Shown here one piece after another: positions 49,369 to 62,030 of a DNA stretch of 64,000 bases; positions within the stretch are counted from its first letter, which is position 1; every line of letters starts with the position of its first letter. The stretch is taken from the NCBI GenBank assembly GCA_002269645.1, contig NIVC01002427.1, forward strand, positions 62,001 to 126,000. Reading direction: 5' to 3'. The notes below the pieces were generated by a model that was given only the letters and a program-made list of their open reading frames with translations, ran no database searches and had not been told where the DNA came from. Position numbers and translations under genes: made by a program. The DNA is from Macrostomum lignano (taxonomy: Eukaryota).

Positions 49369-51324
49369 TATAAGGTGTGTCAGAATAGTTCCAGGATTAA
49401 ACTCATAAATACTAGTATAGCAGCTAAAGTCGAGCTGCCCCCTTCAGAAGTAATCTTTGAGTCGAATGCACTTGTCCACCCTTCTGTGCCACGACTCCAT
49501 GCAGTACTGGAAGGCTTCTTCAGGAAACCCCGAAGTTCCATCGTTATGGCTCTCCAGATGGAGTTTAAACATGTACGTCGAGAAAAAGTTCTGTCGTTTG
49601 CTTGAAACTCAGTGCACATGGCACATTGCTCCGAAGAAGGAACCGATGAGTTTTTCTGCCAAAAGCTTCTCATCTTGTCCTCGCACCGAGCGAAGCAGTC
49701 GCTGCAAGATCTCTTTGCTTACATGCTGATTAATGGTCTGGCATTGAGGCAGAAACTCCATATTCACCGTGCAGATTGTATCAAAGTAAACAATGAGAGC
49801 ATGAGCTTCAAATTTGACTTAGTTATCCTGGTGACCTCCATTCAAGACTCTGACTATAACAGTAATGTCACCGTGTTTGAGTAGCCTCCATATTTGCCCG
49901 CTCTGGCGATCCATGCGCGATTTTTTATTCCAGAAACTCAAGGAGGTAGTCAAAGAACTCAAGGAGGTAGTCAAAGAATTCAAGGAGGTAGTCAAAAAAC
50001 TCAAGGAGGTAGTCAAAGAACTCAAGGAGGTAGTCAAAGAACTCAAGGAGGAAGTCAAAGAATTCAAGGAGGTAGTCAAAAAACTCAAGGAGGTAGTCAA
50101 AGAACTCAAGGAGGTAGTCAAAGAATTCAAGGAGGTAGTCAAAGAATTCAAGGAGGTAGTCAAAAAACTCAAGGAGGTAGTCAAAGAATTCAAGGAGGTA
50201 GTCAAAAAACTCAAGGAGGTAGTCAAAAAACTCAAGGAGGTAGTCAAAGAATTCAAGGAGGTAGTCAAAGAATTCAAGGAGGTAGTCAAAGAACTCAAGG
50301 AGGTAGTCAAAGAACTCAAGGAGGTAGTCAAAGAATTCAAGGAGGTAGTCAAAAAACTCAAGGAGGTAGTCAAAGAACTCAAGGAGGTAGTCAAAGAATT
50401 CAAGGAGGTAGTCAAAAAACTCAAGGAGGTAGTCAAAGAACTCAAGGAGGTAGTCAAAAAACTCAAGGAGGTAGTCAAAAAACTGAAGGAGGTAGTCAAA
50501 GAATTCAAGGAGGTAGTCAAAAAACTCAAGGAGGTAGTCAAAGAACTCAAGGAGGTAGTCAAAGAATTCAAGGAGGTAGTCAAAGAATTCAAGGAGGTAG
50601 TCAAAGAATTCAAGGAGGTAGTCAAAGAACTCAAGGAGGTAGTCAAAGAACTCAAGGAGGTAGTCAAAGAACTCAAGGAGGTAGTCAAAAAACTCAAGGA
50701 GGTAGTCAAAAAACTCAAGGAGGTAGTCAAAGAACTCAAGGAGGTAGTCAAAGAACTCAAGGAGGTAGTCAAAGAATTCAAGGAGGTAGTCAAAAAACTC
50801 AAGGAGGTAGTCAAAGAACTCAAGGAGGTAGTCAAAGAACTCAAGGAGGTAGTCAAAGAATTCAAGGAGGTAGTCAAAGAACTCAAGGAGGTAGTCAAAG
50901 AACTCAAGGAGGTAGTCAAAGAATTCAAGGAGGTAGTCAAAGAACTCAAGGAGGTAGTCAAAGAACTCAAGGAGGTAGTCAAAGAACTCAAGGAGGTAGT
51001 CAAAGAACTCAAGGAGGTAGTCAAAGAACTCAAGGAGGTAGTCAAAGAACTCAAGGAGGTAGTCAAAGAACTCAAGGAGGTAGTCAAAGAACTCAAGGAG
51101 GTAGTCAAAGAACTCAAGGAGGTAGTCAAAGAACTGAAGGAGGTAGTCAAAGAACTCAAGGAGTTAGTCATGCAGTATTCCTAGAAAATACTGCATGGAG
51201 GCGTGGCACAGAAGGGTGGACAAGTGCATTCGACCCAAGGGAAAGGTCAGCTCAGGTTCTGCTTAACTTTTTCTGCTACAATTTTTTTTTGAGTTCAATC
51301 CTGGAACTTTCCTGACATCTCGTG
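49369..51324 (-). mobile_element. Defective mariner (Tc1/mariner) DNA transposon
   Basis: Left end TATAAGGTGTGTCAGAATAGTTCCAGGATT; the right end in reverse complement is CACGAGATGTCAGGAAAGTTCCAGGATT. About 130 bp of subterminal inverted similarity follows. The minus strand at about 49650-49850 encodes SLEWRSPG and IVYFDTICTVNMEFLPQCQTINQHVSKEILQRLLRSVR, typical of mariner catalytic regions, with stops and frameshifts. Confidence 0.8.
49931..51165. repeat. 21-bp array (CTCAAGGAGGTAGTCAAAGAA)x~59 inside the mariner
   Basis: Read directly; open in three frames (KELKEVV, TQGGSQR, SLSSLTT). Confidence 0.98.
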
Positions 51325-51677
51325 CATGTATATTGCACGCCTTGGCGTTTCAGTTCGTTTCAGTCCTCTGCATCACTATCTGTGACATGTCCAAAGAAAT
51401 CCAATGTACTGAGCATGCGAAACGAGTATTGAAGAAAATTTCTAAAGCATTTGTAACCAAATTTCTGAGGCTATACTGCTGCGAAACGCGGCGCTACTGA
51501 AGTGGACACCCAGCTGCTGCAGAGAAGAAAACTGGATTGGACAGCCTCCCATTGGCTGCGACGATCTTGAAATATCGCTGCAGAAATACAACAGAGCTAA
51601 CTTTCCTCATAAGAAGAACGACTACCTTGCAGTTATTAATCAGATTGTCAACTTGCAAAGAAACTGTCATACTATCA

Positions 51678-52373
51678 ATGCAGCTGGTCCGTCTGACTCT
51701 CTGCGCCTGTCTGGCCGTCGTTGTCTCTGGCGCCTGCGTCGCTCCGTTCATCGACAGGCTGGGCAGCTGCGTCTTCATCGGCGAAAACTCCAGCGTTTCC
51801 AGCTGGTGCGACGCAGCCAGACTGTGCCTGGGCATCGGCGGAGAGCTGCTGATGGACCTGACTGCCATTCGAGCTGTCAACCGCTGGATCGATGTTTACT
51901 ACATCGGAGTGACGGACCTCCTGGTTGAGTCGGGCACGTCTCGAAGCGGCTGGAGATTCGCCAACGGCTCGCTGTTTCCAACGTTGGATAACAGCGACTG
52001 GGTGTCTGGCTTGCCAAACAGCCTAACGGAAGACGATGACTTTGTAGGGGTCAGCAAAGCTGGCTTGCGAGACAGACCCGGCAAACATGACAAAAAATTC
52101 GTCTGCCAGCCAATCGCGACGCCGAACAGCAAGTACCTGGAGCGAGCGGAGTTCCTGAGGCTGGGCAACATCAGTCCTGTCTACTGCTACACTGACGCCT
52201 CGGTGAGCTCGGAGCTTCACTGCCTGTGGCTCTGCGTGCAGCGCTGGGAGTGCCGGGCCGTCCTGTTCAACCGGGCCAGCGGCGCCTGCCGCATGCTGGA
52301 CTTCGCTGACTCGAGCGTCGGCGACGCCATCGAGACCGACCCGAGCTGGGCCAAGTTCGTCAAGGTGTACTAA
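51678..52373 (+). CDS. Secreted C-type-lectin-like + PAN/apple domain protein, intronless, 231 aa
   Basis: The ATG at 51678 opens a signal-peptide-like MQLVRLTLCACLAVVVSG. CTLD motifs follow: SWCDAARLCLGIGGELL, YIGVTDL, GWRFANG, WVSGLPN, KFVCQ. A PAN pattern SELHCLWLC...CRAVLFN...CRML follows, ending at TAA 52371-73. Confidence 0.85.
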   Translation: MQLVRLTLCACLAVVVSGACVAPFIDRLGSCVFIGENSSVSSWCDAARLCLGIGGELLMDLTAIRAVNRWIDVYYIGVTDLLVESGTSRSGWRFANGSLFPTLDNSDWVSGLPNSLTEDDDFVGVSKAGLRDRPGKHDKKFVCQPIATPNSKYLERAEFLRLGNISPVYCYTDASVSSELHCLWLCVQRWECRAVLFNRASGACRMLDFADSSVGDAIETDPSWAKFVKVY

Positions 52374-55300
52374 TGGCATTATATCAATGCGTATACATGC
52401 GCTAAGCTGCACAAGCGTAGTGAGCCCGATTTTTCATGCAGTCAAACTCTGCTTATTTTGCCTTTGAAGAAATCTGTCCGTTATGAAACTACATGTATGA
52501 CGACTCGGTTGATGCTGGTTTTAATTGCAAGGCAAAGTGAACAAGCTGACCTTTTTTGAGCCGCTCTAAGTAAAAGCATGCAGTAGAGCCTTGGCAAACT
52601 ACCGGTAACTGATGTGTTTGCCTCTACTTTCAAACCAAAATTCTGTACTTTTCACTCAAACTCACCTGACTTGCTTTTGTCGAAAGTTTTCTCGTGACTA
52701 AACCGACAAATTCTGAATTCTTTGTTGGATTAATAATTCATTTTGTCCCGGCTTTTTAGCGACTCTGCTCTTCTCTCATCCTATCCTTACGGCCTGCCGG
52801 CTCAGCTCTCTAATTGGATCGGCTGAAGTTTGTAGGCAGGTACCATTGGCGACAAAAGCTCCTCATCTATATTTTTTGAGTCTGAGTAATGCTAAGTTCA
52901 TGTTTTCCGGCTTTCCCATGTTGATTTTCAATTTGATGCTGTTGGAAAAGATCTGCTGCTAGCTAACTAGGTGCGTAGGCTGCAAATGAAGAGGCAACTC
53001 ACGTGCTGATGGCTTAGACTGAATACTTTTTGCACTATACGCATTGGGCAAACGGAGAAGTGCTCAATGGCTTCCAGAGAGGTGAAAGATAGAAGAGCGT
53101 CAATGATGCTGTAATGAAGCAGTGTATTTTTGCTCGTCATTTCTGATATCAAAAATAATTGTCGAAAAAATAATCCAAGAGTTGATTTAAAAAGAAATGT
53201 TAGTAACTACATAAAAATTAAATGGGAATTTTGTCGCGTATATTTGTCTCACAGTTGCATGCTCATCAAGTTACGTAACGCAACGAATGAGTTTATTGAA
53301 TCTTTTTCGCTTTTAAGTATAGCTATAGTTAAGCGCTTTGGAAAGTGCATATGACGAATTTAAATGAGAAATTTTAAACTTCATCGGTAAAGCTTCATCG
53401 ATGTGCATTTGCACGTACGTATAGAAGCAAAAATAACAACGCTGTGTTATTTTTGGCGGCGCACTACTCGTTCGTGAATGATGCGGGCTGCCAGCCATGG
53501 AGTCAGCGACCAAAGCTGGCGCGGCAGCCTCTTGAGATGTAAGTTTTTAGTGTTCAGAGACAATAAAGTCTTGGCGTCTCGCAGCAGGCCTATAAGGACG
53601 ACTAAAGTAACATATCTACTTTAGTAGTCCTTGAGCAGGCCGCGGCGCGTGGTAGCTTGCATGACCCGCCTTAGAAGAACGTCACAAATGAAGCAGACTT
53701 CTGGGATAGGAGCTCCAATTTTGTAGGAGTCTTTATGACGTATTTACCGAAAGGTTGTTAAGGGCAGAACAGCTCAGCGGTAGACGCCACGAGCCCTGGT
53801 ATAGGCTCGATTCTGTGCGTGGCCACATTCAATTGGGGCTTGAAGCTCGAAAATCGTCTTATCAGTCTTTCAGCACATATCCGGTAGTTTTTAGTTATTG
53901 TATCAATACATGCATGTACTTCAACTTATATTTCCATACTTAACTTCATCCGCATTTCGCACAGAATCAATTGTCAGTTTAATTTTGCTGCAGATAAAAA
54001 ATCTGTCAATATAGACCCATCAGCGCCAGTCAGAAAGTACGTCACAAGATTAGTACATGTAGATCGATCTCAATTAAACTCGAAGACAATATCTTTAGAA
54101 GCTTTGAAGAAAAAAGATATGGCCGGGTTTACATGTATCTTTTCGTGATGCTGTGGAGATTGTATGAAGAGAAGTTGCAAGCTGAAGAGCGCACGGTCTG
54201 GTGATGGCCGATGTTACCAACGCACTCCAGCTGAGACATATTTATCTGAACAGATACATGCATTTATTGATGCAGGAGTGCCACGACGTTCGATAAATGA
54301 TTGACACTATCTGCTACCTACATGATGTAGGCTTTCTTCATTTCACTTAACTGATACAGATAGTTTTATAAGTTTTGATAAAAGAAAACTAAATATAATT
54401 TTTAATGAGCTGTTACTTGAATATTTAAAAGCATATCCTGTGCCTTTAAGCATACCTGAAAGCATGCACTTAGCTCCGGTGTTATTTAACTCGTTTTTAT
54501 TCGTTAAATGTAACATTTGATTGTCCTTTTTCTACAAACTTGGCCGTCAAATGTCGATGATGAATCGGTGTATTTCGGTTGTGTAGAAAAAGCTGCTCAT
54601 TTAAACCCATAAGCGACTGCTATCCGTCGGCTTTAATTACCCTTGTGTGATCTTATGTATCGCACATTTACATTGGCTGGTAGAATTCACATTAATACTT
54701 CTGTCCAGCACTGAGTGCAGACGTTTTCGTCTAACTCTAGTCTCTGACTAACTGTTTGTTGCGAATCCCAACCGAAGGTCAAATTTCATTTTCATGCTGT
54801 ATTTTTGAACAAATTGGGCGATATTTTGCTAAATAAAACTTAATTCGCATTTGCGATATTGCACCTGTTATAGTGTAAATTTCAGAGTACAATTTCAGAT
54901 GCTAATTGACTAAGCCTATTTGGCTATTTGCATTGCAAAAAGATGTCAAAAACCCAGAAAGATAGGCCCTAGATTTTTGGTTAGGCTTAGTCTTAGTTTT
55001 TACTTTTTTAGGGTAACAATCCACTGCTCCAAGTAATTTTGATTTAGTCTAAATAGGGTCTGATAGTTAACTAGCAGCAATGGCAGCTGTCAAAGACTCA
55101 TTGTCAAACTTAAAATTTTATTAGACTTGGCCTATGGCTAGGCCTATGATGAGTCTAAGACTAAGTTAAATTTATTTTAATTAACTATAAATTTATTTGA
55201 ATTTTGTAGCTTATGGTACATAGAATGAAACTGCATCACCTTTGGCACATGGTGCATGAATTTAGACTCTAGATGAAATATATCCCATGCCATGGCCATA

Positions 55301-57611
55301 TATACATTAGAAAGTTCTAGCATATAGGCCTAGAGAGACCTAGAATACACATTGGCATAGAACCAAGGGCCTTGCAAGGGGCCTATACTAGGGGCCTAGC
55401 ATTCTCTCTTGGCCTTGGCATATAGCTTGGTATACAGTACAGAGATTGCTTAGATAGCACTATCATAGCAAGTAGGACCAAGGTCTTAGTGCCAACCAAT
55501 AATAACAATTACGTAGTTAGCATATAAAAAATGACTAAGTTTAAGTTTAGGGGAGGCCTTAGTCTATATATACATTGTTTGACTTTGAGTAACTAAATTT
55601 TGATCAAAAAGATTATTTCCCAAATATTAACAAAAAACTAAATTAAAAAATTATATTCAACTTTTCTAAAAAATTAAAAGTAGGGGCCTAGGCCTAAAAC
55701 CAAAAATTTAAAAAATAAAACTAGTTTTCTAGCTTAGTAGAATACTAATAAGTTTCTATTTATCTATTTTTACAAATATTAATATAATCACAAGCTTTAA
55801 ATAAAGTTTGCCATTAGGCTTAGGCTAGGCTATCCCTACTCATAAATCTTATATATATGTAGTAGCGGTACCTTATTTCTAGGAAATATTGTTTTTAAAC
55901 TAGCGCAAAAATTAATATTCTTTTGTTATAATACGCAAAATATTCTCAAATTGTAAAAATTTGTTTTAAATATACGTGATTGACTAGTATAAACAGGAGA
56001 GAGCCAAAGGGATGGAAGGATAACTCGTTTGCTAGCTATAAGCTCAAAACGTGTTCAATAAATCTTTCTCAGATCATTGTTCATTTCTAAGAGTATTGTG
56101 AAAAAGGTTGAAAGTTGTACTTAGGATTCATGCAAAGAGTAGTACTAAGAGTAATCGCTGTGACCCTCTAATCTCAGTAATGCCCAGACTGGAGAGAGAG
56201 AGTACATATACCAGTAAGACCACTCAGGCCATATACTAAGAATGCTACCAGACCATATACTAAGAACGCTACCAGACCATATACTGGTGCTATCAGAACA
56301 CTACGAGAATGCTACCCAGAAATATATTCTAAGAAACAGTTAGAAATACTAAGGCAGAATTTAGATTTGTCAGCAGTAGAAATTTCAATAAGAAGAAAAA
56401 CCCCTGTCACAGCTGGTGGCTTAATGGTGGGATTTTGTATCGTATAGGAAACATGCCTGTCATAGCTGGTCCCTATTGGAATAAGTTTTCAGACACTGTG
56501 GACAGTGCATCTAGTGCGCCATGGCAATCATAAAGTGGCCTGGACGGTGCGTCATGACAATCTTCAAATCCTAAGGTGGTATGGACGATGTGTCATTCAA
56601 ATCTTCAAATCCTAGGGTGCCATAGCACTCTAGGTTTAGGTGATATTGTGCATGACTCCAGTCTCTATCATGTTCATTCTGATGATGCATCACTCATTTT
56701 TGAGAGATTTAAAGAGATTGAGAGAAAGTTGTGTGTTTTACCGCACTTGTGTTTTACTGCACTCTGTTCTGTACTGTACTTCTGCCCCCTTCTGTTGTAG
56801 TTGTATCTATTTCTTAATTCTTAGTCTACTCGTCTTTTGACTTACAAAGTTACATTGTTGGTCTATTCAAAGAAAAATAAATAATGTAAATAGTGTGGCA
56901 ATTGCATCAGTGAGTACTTAAAATAATTACGAACACTGAAACCCTTTACTTCAATTTGGCTAATCGGTTAATACAAAATGAAGAAACTCCGTGATGAACA
57001 ACACAGAGTTCACGAACAAACAAAATTGTCTTTGCCTTATCCACACACTTTTTCAGTAGTAGTTGTAGCACTTTGGCTCGGGTCGGGTTATCAAATCTGA
57101 TAACTATTTAGCATGGTGTTTCGAAGAATATTTTCACATTTAAATGTCAGCATAAATAAATGTACGCGCAACTAATCAAAAAGATAATTAAACAAAGCAG
57201 AAAATTTGTTGAGACTTTTAATAGAATTTAGTTTACTTTTTTATTTCTTGCAACTGCGTTATAAGAGAACATTAAGAGCAATTAGCATTTGGCACTATGT
57301 TATAATGTTTATGAGGCAATAAAGAACATTTCTGCTGCGATCTTTCAACTACAATTTCCAATTTTACGATTAACTTGCATGCATATTCTAGATGACACAG
57401 CAATCAATACATATGATAGGAGATATGCTATACTATAGCCCATAGCAATATTATCAAAGTTATAGAAATTAGAAAAACAAGTTTTACTTACAGTTTGCTG
57501 AATTTCCACCGTGCTGCTGACTTTCTCCTGTGCATGCTTCTCATCCTTGTTCAGCAGCGCTGTATGTAGCGCGTGATGTCCTCCTTGCATCTTACCTGTG
57601 AGCTGCTGTGC

Positions 57612-57652
57612 GTCATGGCGCATGGCGCGCGTAGCGCGCCATGCGCCATGAC
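57612..57652. other. Perfect 19-bp GC-rich inverted repeat with a GTA triloop
   Basis: GTCATGGCGCATGGCGCGC-GTA-GCGCGCCATGCGCCATGAC. Confidence 0.97.
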
Positions 57653-58410
57653 TATGAGGAAAAAGAAAAAGTGCGCCGGACGCCGTCCGCGAAAATACCA
57701 CTTATTCCAATAGGGCAGCTGGTGGCATTTAGTAGGATTAAAATTGACAAAGTAGGAGGCAAAAGCCCTGTCAAAACTTTGGTGGCAGCTCATAGGATAT
57801 TTAATAAGCACTAGCATCAACAGTTAGGAGTTTAGAAAGACAGAGCCAAAAGGCCTGTCACATATATACTAAAAAATTTTGGTATACAACAGATAAGACA
57901 TTTTTTTGGCAGTATCTAAGTATCTAGTATATAGAAAAATCTACTAGAAAATTTAGCCACAGAGCTGGCATATGGTGTAGCTATTGGCATAGTATAGGCC
58001 TACAAAAGACGCTTGTAAAATGTTGTAATGCTAGAAAGGGTCCTGTAGTCCTATATTGTTGCGATGTAAAAAATGTCCTTTATTGTTGCAACACCTTTTT
58101 GATAACATCTGGCATATATATCATGAGTAAATTTGTATTTCTAGATCATTATTTGTTTTTTTCTAAATTTTTAAGTAATAACATGTAGGATCTAACAAAA
58201 TACTCTATATTATAAACACAAAAACTGCTCAAACTCATCTAGAAATAATTGAAATTGATATCATGATAACTAATGAAATGCTTAGCTAACAAGGCAAAAC
58301 CACTATAGCAATATTTGAGAGAAGTTTTAAACTACTGCATTTATATTTGTAGTAATAAAATAGTTGTTTTATATAGATAATTATAGCCAACACAGACACT
58401 TATTTTACTA

Positions 58411-60570
58411 TGTATTGGTTTCCCAACAGACATTCAGACAGACATTCAGAAATCGTTCATTAAATGTTTAACAAAATTGTCTATTTATTACGCAAGATAC
58501 TGTGTATTTATAGAAACTTTTACACATGTCTCTGCTTTAAAAAGACATCTTAGACACACACAAAGACGCTTCACAAGCTGAGATATTCCCTAGCAACTGT
58601 TGTTACGATGTTTCCCAATATTACCGAATACATATTTATAGTTCAGCCTAGACATCACTGATCACTGATCAAGCCTTGACAATGGGCAAACCTCAACCGC
58701 AGGGCATTCTCAGCTAGTCTCTTGAGCATTCAGTCATCACCTGGATGCCGTCAGCACCTTCAATGGATTACACCAGCTGACTATGGACACTCTGATGCAA
58801 ATATGCCAGATTTTTCTTATCAAGCTTCAATAATGGGAAAAACTTAACTGCCAGACATTCTCAGCTAGAATCTCGAGCCTTCAGTCACCACCCCAATGCC
58901 CTCGGGACCTTCAACAGGTGGCACCAGGTGACTATGGACATCCTGATACAAATTTCTCTAGTTTTGCTATTCAAACCTTTACAGTGCAGGCAAGCCTCAA
59001 CTGCTAGGTATCCTCAGCTGGTCTCCCAAGCATTTAGTCATCACCCCGATGCCATCGGCATCTTCAACAGATGACACCAGGTGACTGTGACCATCCTGAT
59101 GCAAATTTCTCGAGTTTCGCCAATCAAGCCTCAACAGGGAGCAAGCCTTAACTTTTGGACATCCTCAGCTAGTCTCTCTAGCATTCTGTCACCACTCCGA
59201 CACCATTGGCACCTTCAACAGGTGGCATCAGATGACTATGGACATCGTTTTGCAACAATGTCAGGTTTTTCTTATCAAGCTTCAATAATGCGCAATCTGT
59301 AACTCCAGTTTATTCTCAGCTAGAGTCCCAGACGTAATTATGTAAACATGATGAGGTAATTTGTTAAATAAACTAAATTGAAAAGAATATTCACAAAAAG
59401 AAGAAAGCACTAAAAATTACCAAATTTTCCGTGTGGAATGAAGATAAAGTCACAATATACTAAATATCCAAGTCTTCTGTCTTAAAAGTTACTATTTGTT
59501 TAAAAATAAAAAATCATACTTCTGGGTGTCCATGGTCATGGTTTTGTCTCCTTGAAGGTGCCAATGATGGCAGAATGACGACAGAATGCTTGAGAAACTA
59601 GTTAAGGATGCCTAGCAGTTGAGGTTTGCCAATTATTGAAGCTTGATAAAAAATCTAGCATATTTGCATCACAGTGTCCATAGTCAGCTGGTGTAATCCG
59701 TTGAAGTTGCCGACGGCGTCTGGGTGATGACTAAATTCTCGAGAGACTAGCTGAGGATGTCCAGCAGTTGAGGCTTGCCCACTCTGTTGAGGCTTGATCA
59801 GCAAAACTAGCTGAGAAATTTGAACAGCGTGTCCATATACATGTAGACACCTGTTGCAACTTGTTGAAGGTCCAGAAGCTCTGCCTGGGTGAAGGCTAGT
59901 GACCAACAAAGTCAAATAAATCTGATGCCGACACATGTGGTCGACGTGCTGATGAAATTTGGAGACTTGGCAAGGCTGCACTGAGGCGCAGTGCTTATTG
60001 GCGCACAGGGTGTAATACACTAGCGCTTATGGGAAAAATCTGACCATCTGCAGGCAGAATCATCAAATATCTCGACAGTCCAGAGGGCTGGCGACAACTT
60101 GATTCTTGTTCGAGGTGCGTAGCAAAAAGTAAGCACGTGTTCTTGAATTTCGTGCGCCCGCGTTGCTCCATGTCGGCGCAGAAAAAATTATGTCAGGGGT
60201 AGGGGATTCCTTGTTCTACTATTAATAATAGAACAGTAATATTATTATATAGTAATAAAAGGAATACACTAATACCATTGTAATAATCTTATTATCATTA
60301 TTAATAGTAATAATTTCAATAATAGTATTAATAATATTGTAATAATAATACATTCAGTATTTTTAGAAAATGTCGTAACAACATTTGCTAGGGAATATCT
60401 CAGCTTGTAAAGCGTCTTTGTGTGTGTCTGAGGTGTCTTTTTAAAGCAGAGACATGTGTAAAAGTTTCTATAAATTCACAGTATCTTGCGTAATAAATAG
60501 ACAATTTTGTTAAACATTTACTGAACAATTTCTGAATGTCTGTCTGAATGTCTGTCGGGAAACCAATACA
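58411..60570. mobile_element. Non-autonomous foldback-like TIR element (TGT...ACA ends, about 200-bp TIRs)
   Basis: 58411-58615 is the near-identical reverse complement of 60365-60570 (TGTATTGGTTTCCC...GGGAAACCAATACA). About 151-bp repeats occur in forward orientation at about 58640-59330 and in inverted orientation at about 59525-59870. Confidence 0.85.
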
Positions 60571-61299
60571 TCCTTTTTGATAATTTCTGGCATATATATC
60601 ATGAGTCAATTTGTATTTCTGGGTCATTATTTGTTTTTTTTCTAAATTTTTAAGTAATAGGCCCTAATATGTAGGATCTAATAATCCTATATACTAAAAA
60701 TGTGATGTCTATATATATGTGATAGATTAGAGAAAAAATGGCTGGACTGATTTTGTTCAAACTTGCACTGTTCGATCAGAAATTTTCCCGTGACTGTACA
60801 TGCATCGCGGCTAAGAAATTGCTCGATGCTAAAGGCATTAAATATTCGAAAAACATGCTTTTTTGCAAAGGTCAAGCAAACTTTTCGACTTGAAATGCAT
60901 TGTAAGAATGCTAGAGAAAAAACTGACTGGTTGAATTCTGATTCTGAAATAGATTGCATCATAACTGAATTGTAACTCCGACTTGAATTGAAAATGCAGT
61001 GTGGAAGCGTAGCACCAGAATTTGCGTAACCATATTGTTAACTGATACTGACTGACTGAGAAACTGATTATGTCATAACTGCTTCGTATGATTTACTCTA
61101 TGCTTGGATTTTTAAGTGTTGAATTATTAAGTGCAAAATTTGATGTTATCAAAACAATGAGAGCTAGCCTAGAGGTGAACAAACTGAACTGCTAAATGCA
61201 GCGACGATGGTTCGAATTTTCATAGAGTATAATTTTTTTAATTAAAGCTTTTCAACGTCAGGAAAACTAAAAGACTTTTTAAAAAGAAGCGTCATGTAA

Positions 61300-62030
61300 A
61301 AATCATAGAAGCGTCATGTAAAAAATCATAGAAGCGTCATGTAAACAATCATAGAAGCGTCAGGTAAAAAATCATAGAAGCGTCATGTAAAAAATCATAG
61401 AAGCGTCATGTAAAAAATCATAGAAGCGTCATGTAAACAATCATAGAAGCGTCATGTAAACAATCATAGAAGCGTCATGTAAAAAATCGTAGAAGCGTCA
61501 TATAAAATCATAGAAGCGTTATTTAAAAAAATCATAGAAGCGTCATATTAAAATCATAGAAGCATCATTTAAAAAGTCATAGAAGCGTCATATAAAAATC
61601 ATAGAAGCGTCATATAAAATATCATAGAAGCGTCATGTAAACAATCATAGAAGCGTCATGTAAACAATCATAAAAGCGTCATATTAAAATCACAGAAGCG
61701 TCATTTAAAAAGTCATAGAAGCGTCATGTAAACAATCATAGAAGCGTCATGTAAACAATCATAGAAGCGTCATGTAAACAATCATAGAAGCGTCATGTAA
61801 AAATCGTAGAAGCGTCATGTAAACAATCATAGAAGCGTCATGTAAAAAATCGTAGAAGCGTCATATAAAAATCATAGAAGCGCCATTTAAAAAATCATAG
61901 AAGCGTCATGTAAACAATCATAGAAGCGTCATGTAAACAATCATAGAAGCGTCATGTAAAAAAATCATAGAAGCGTCATATAAAAATCATAGAAGCGTCA
62001 AGAAAAAATCATAGAAGCCTCATTTAAAAC
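61300..62030. repeat. About 23-bp satellite (AATCATAGAAGCGTCATGTAAAC)n inside the Helitron
   Basis: Read directly from the sequence. Confidence 0.95.

Noticed and set aside
52400-57400. Short ORFs in the AT-rich stretch after the lectin gene
   Set aside because: No recognisable domains, coding-like composition or consistent splice chain.
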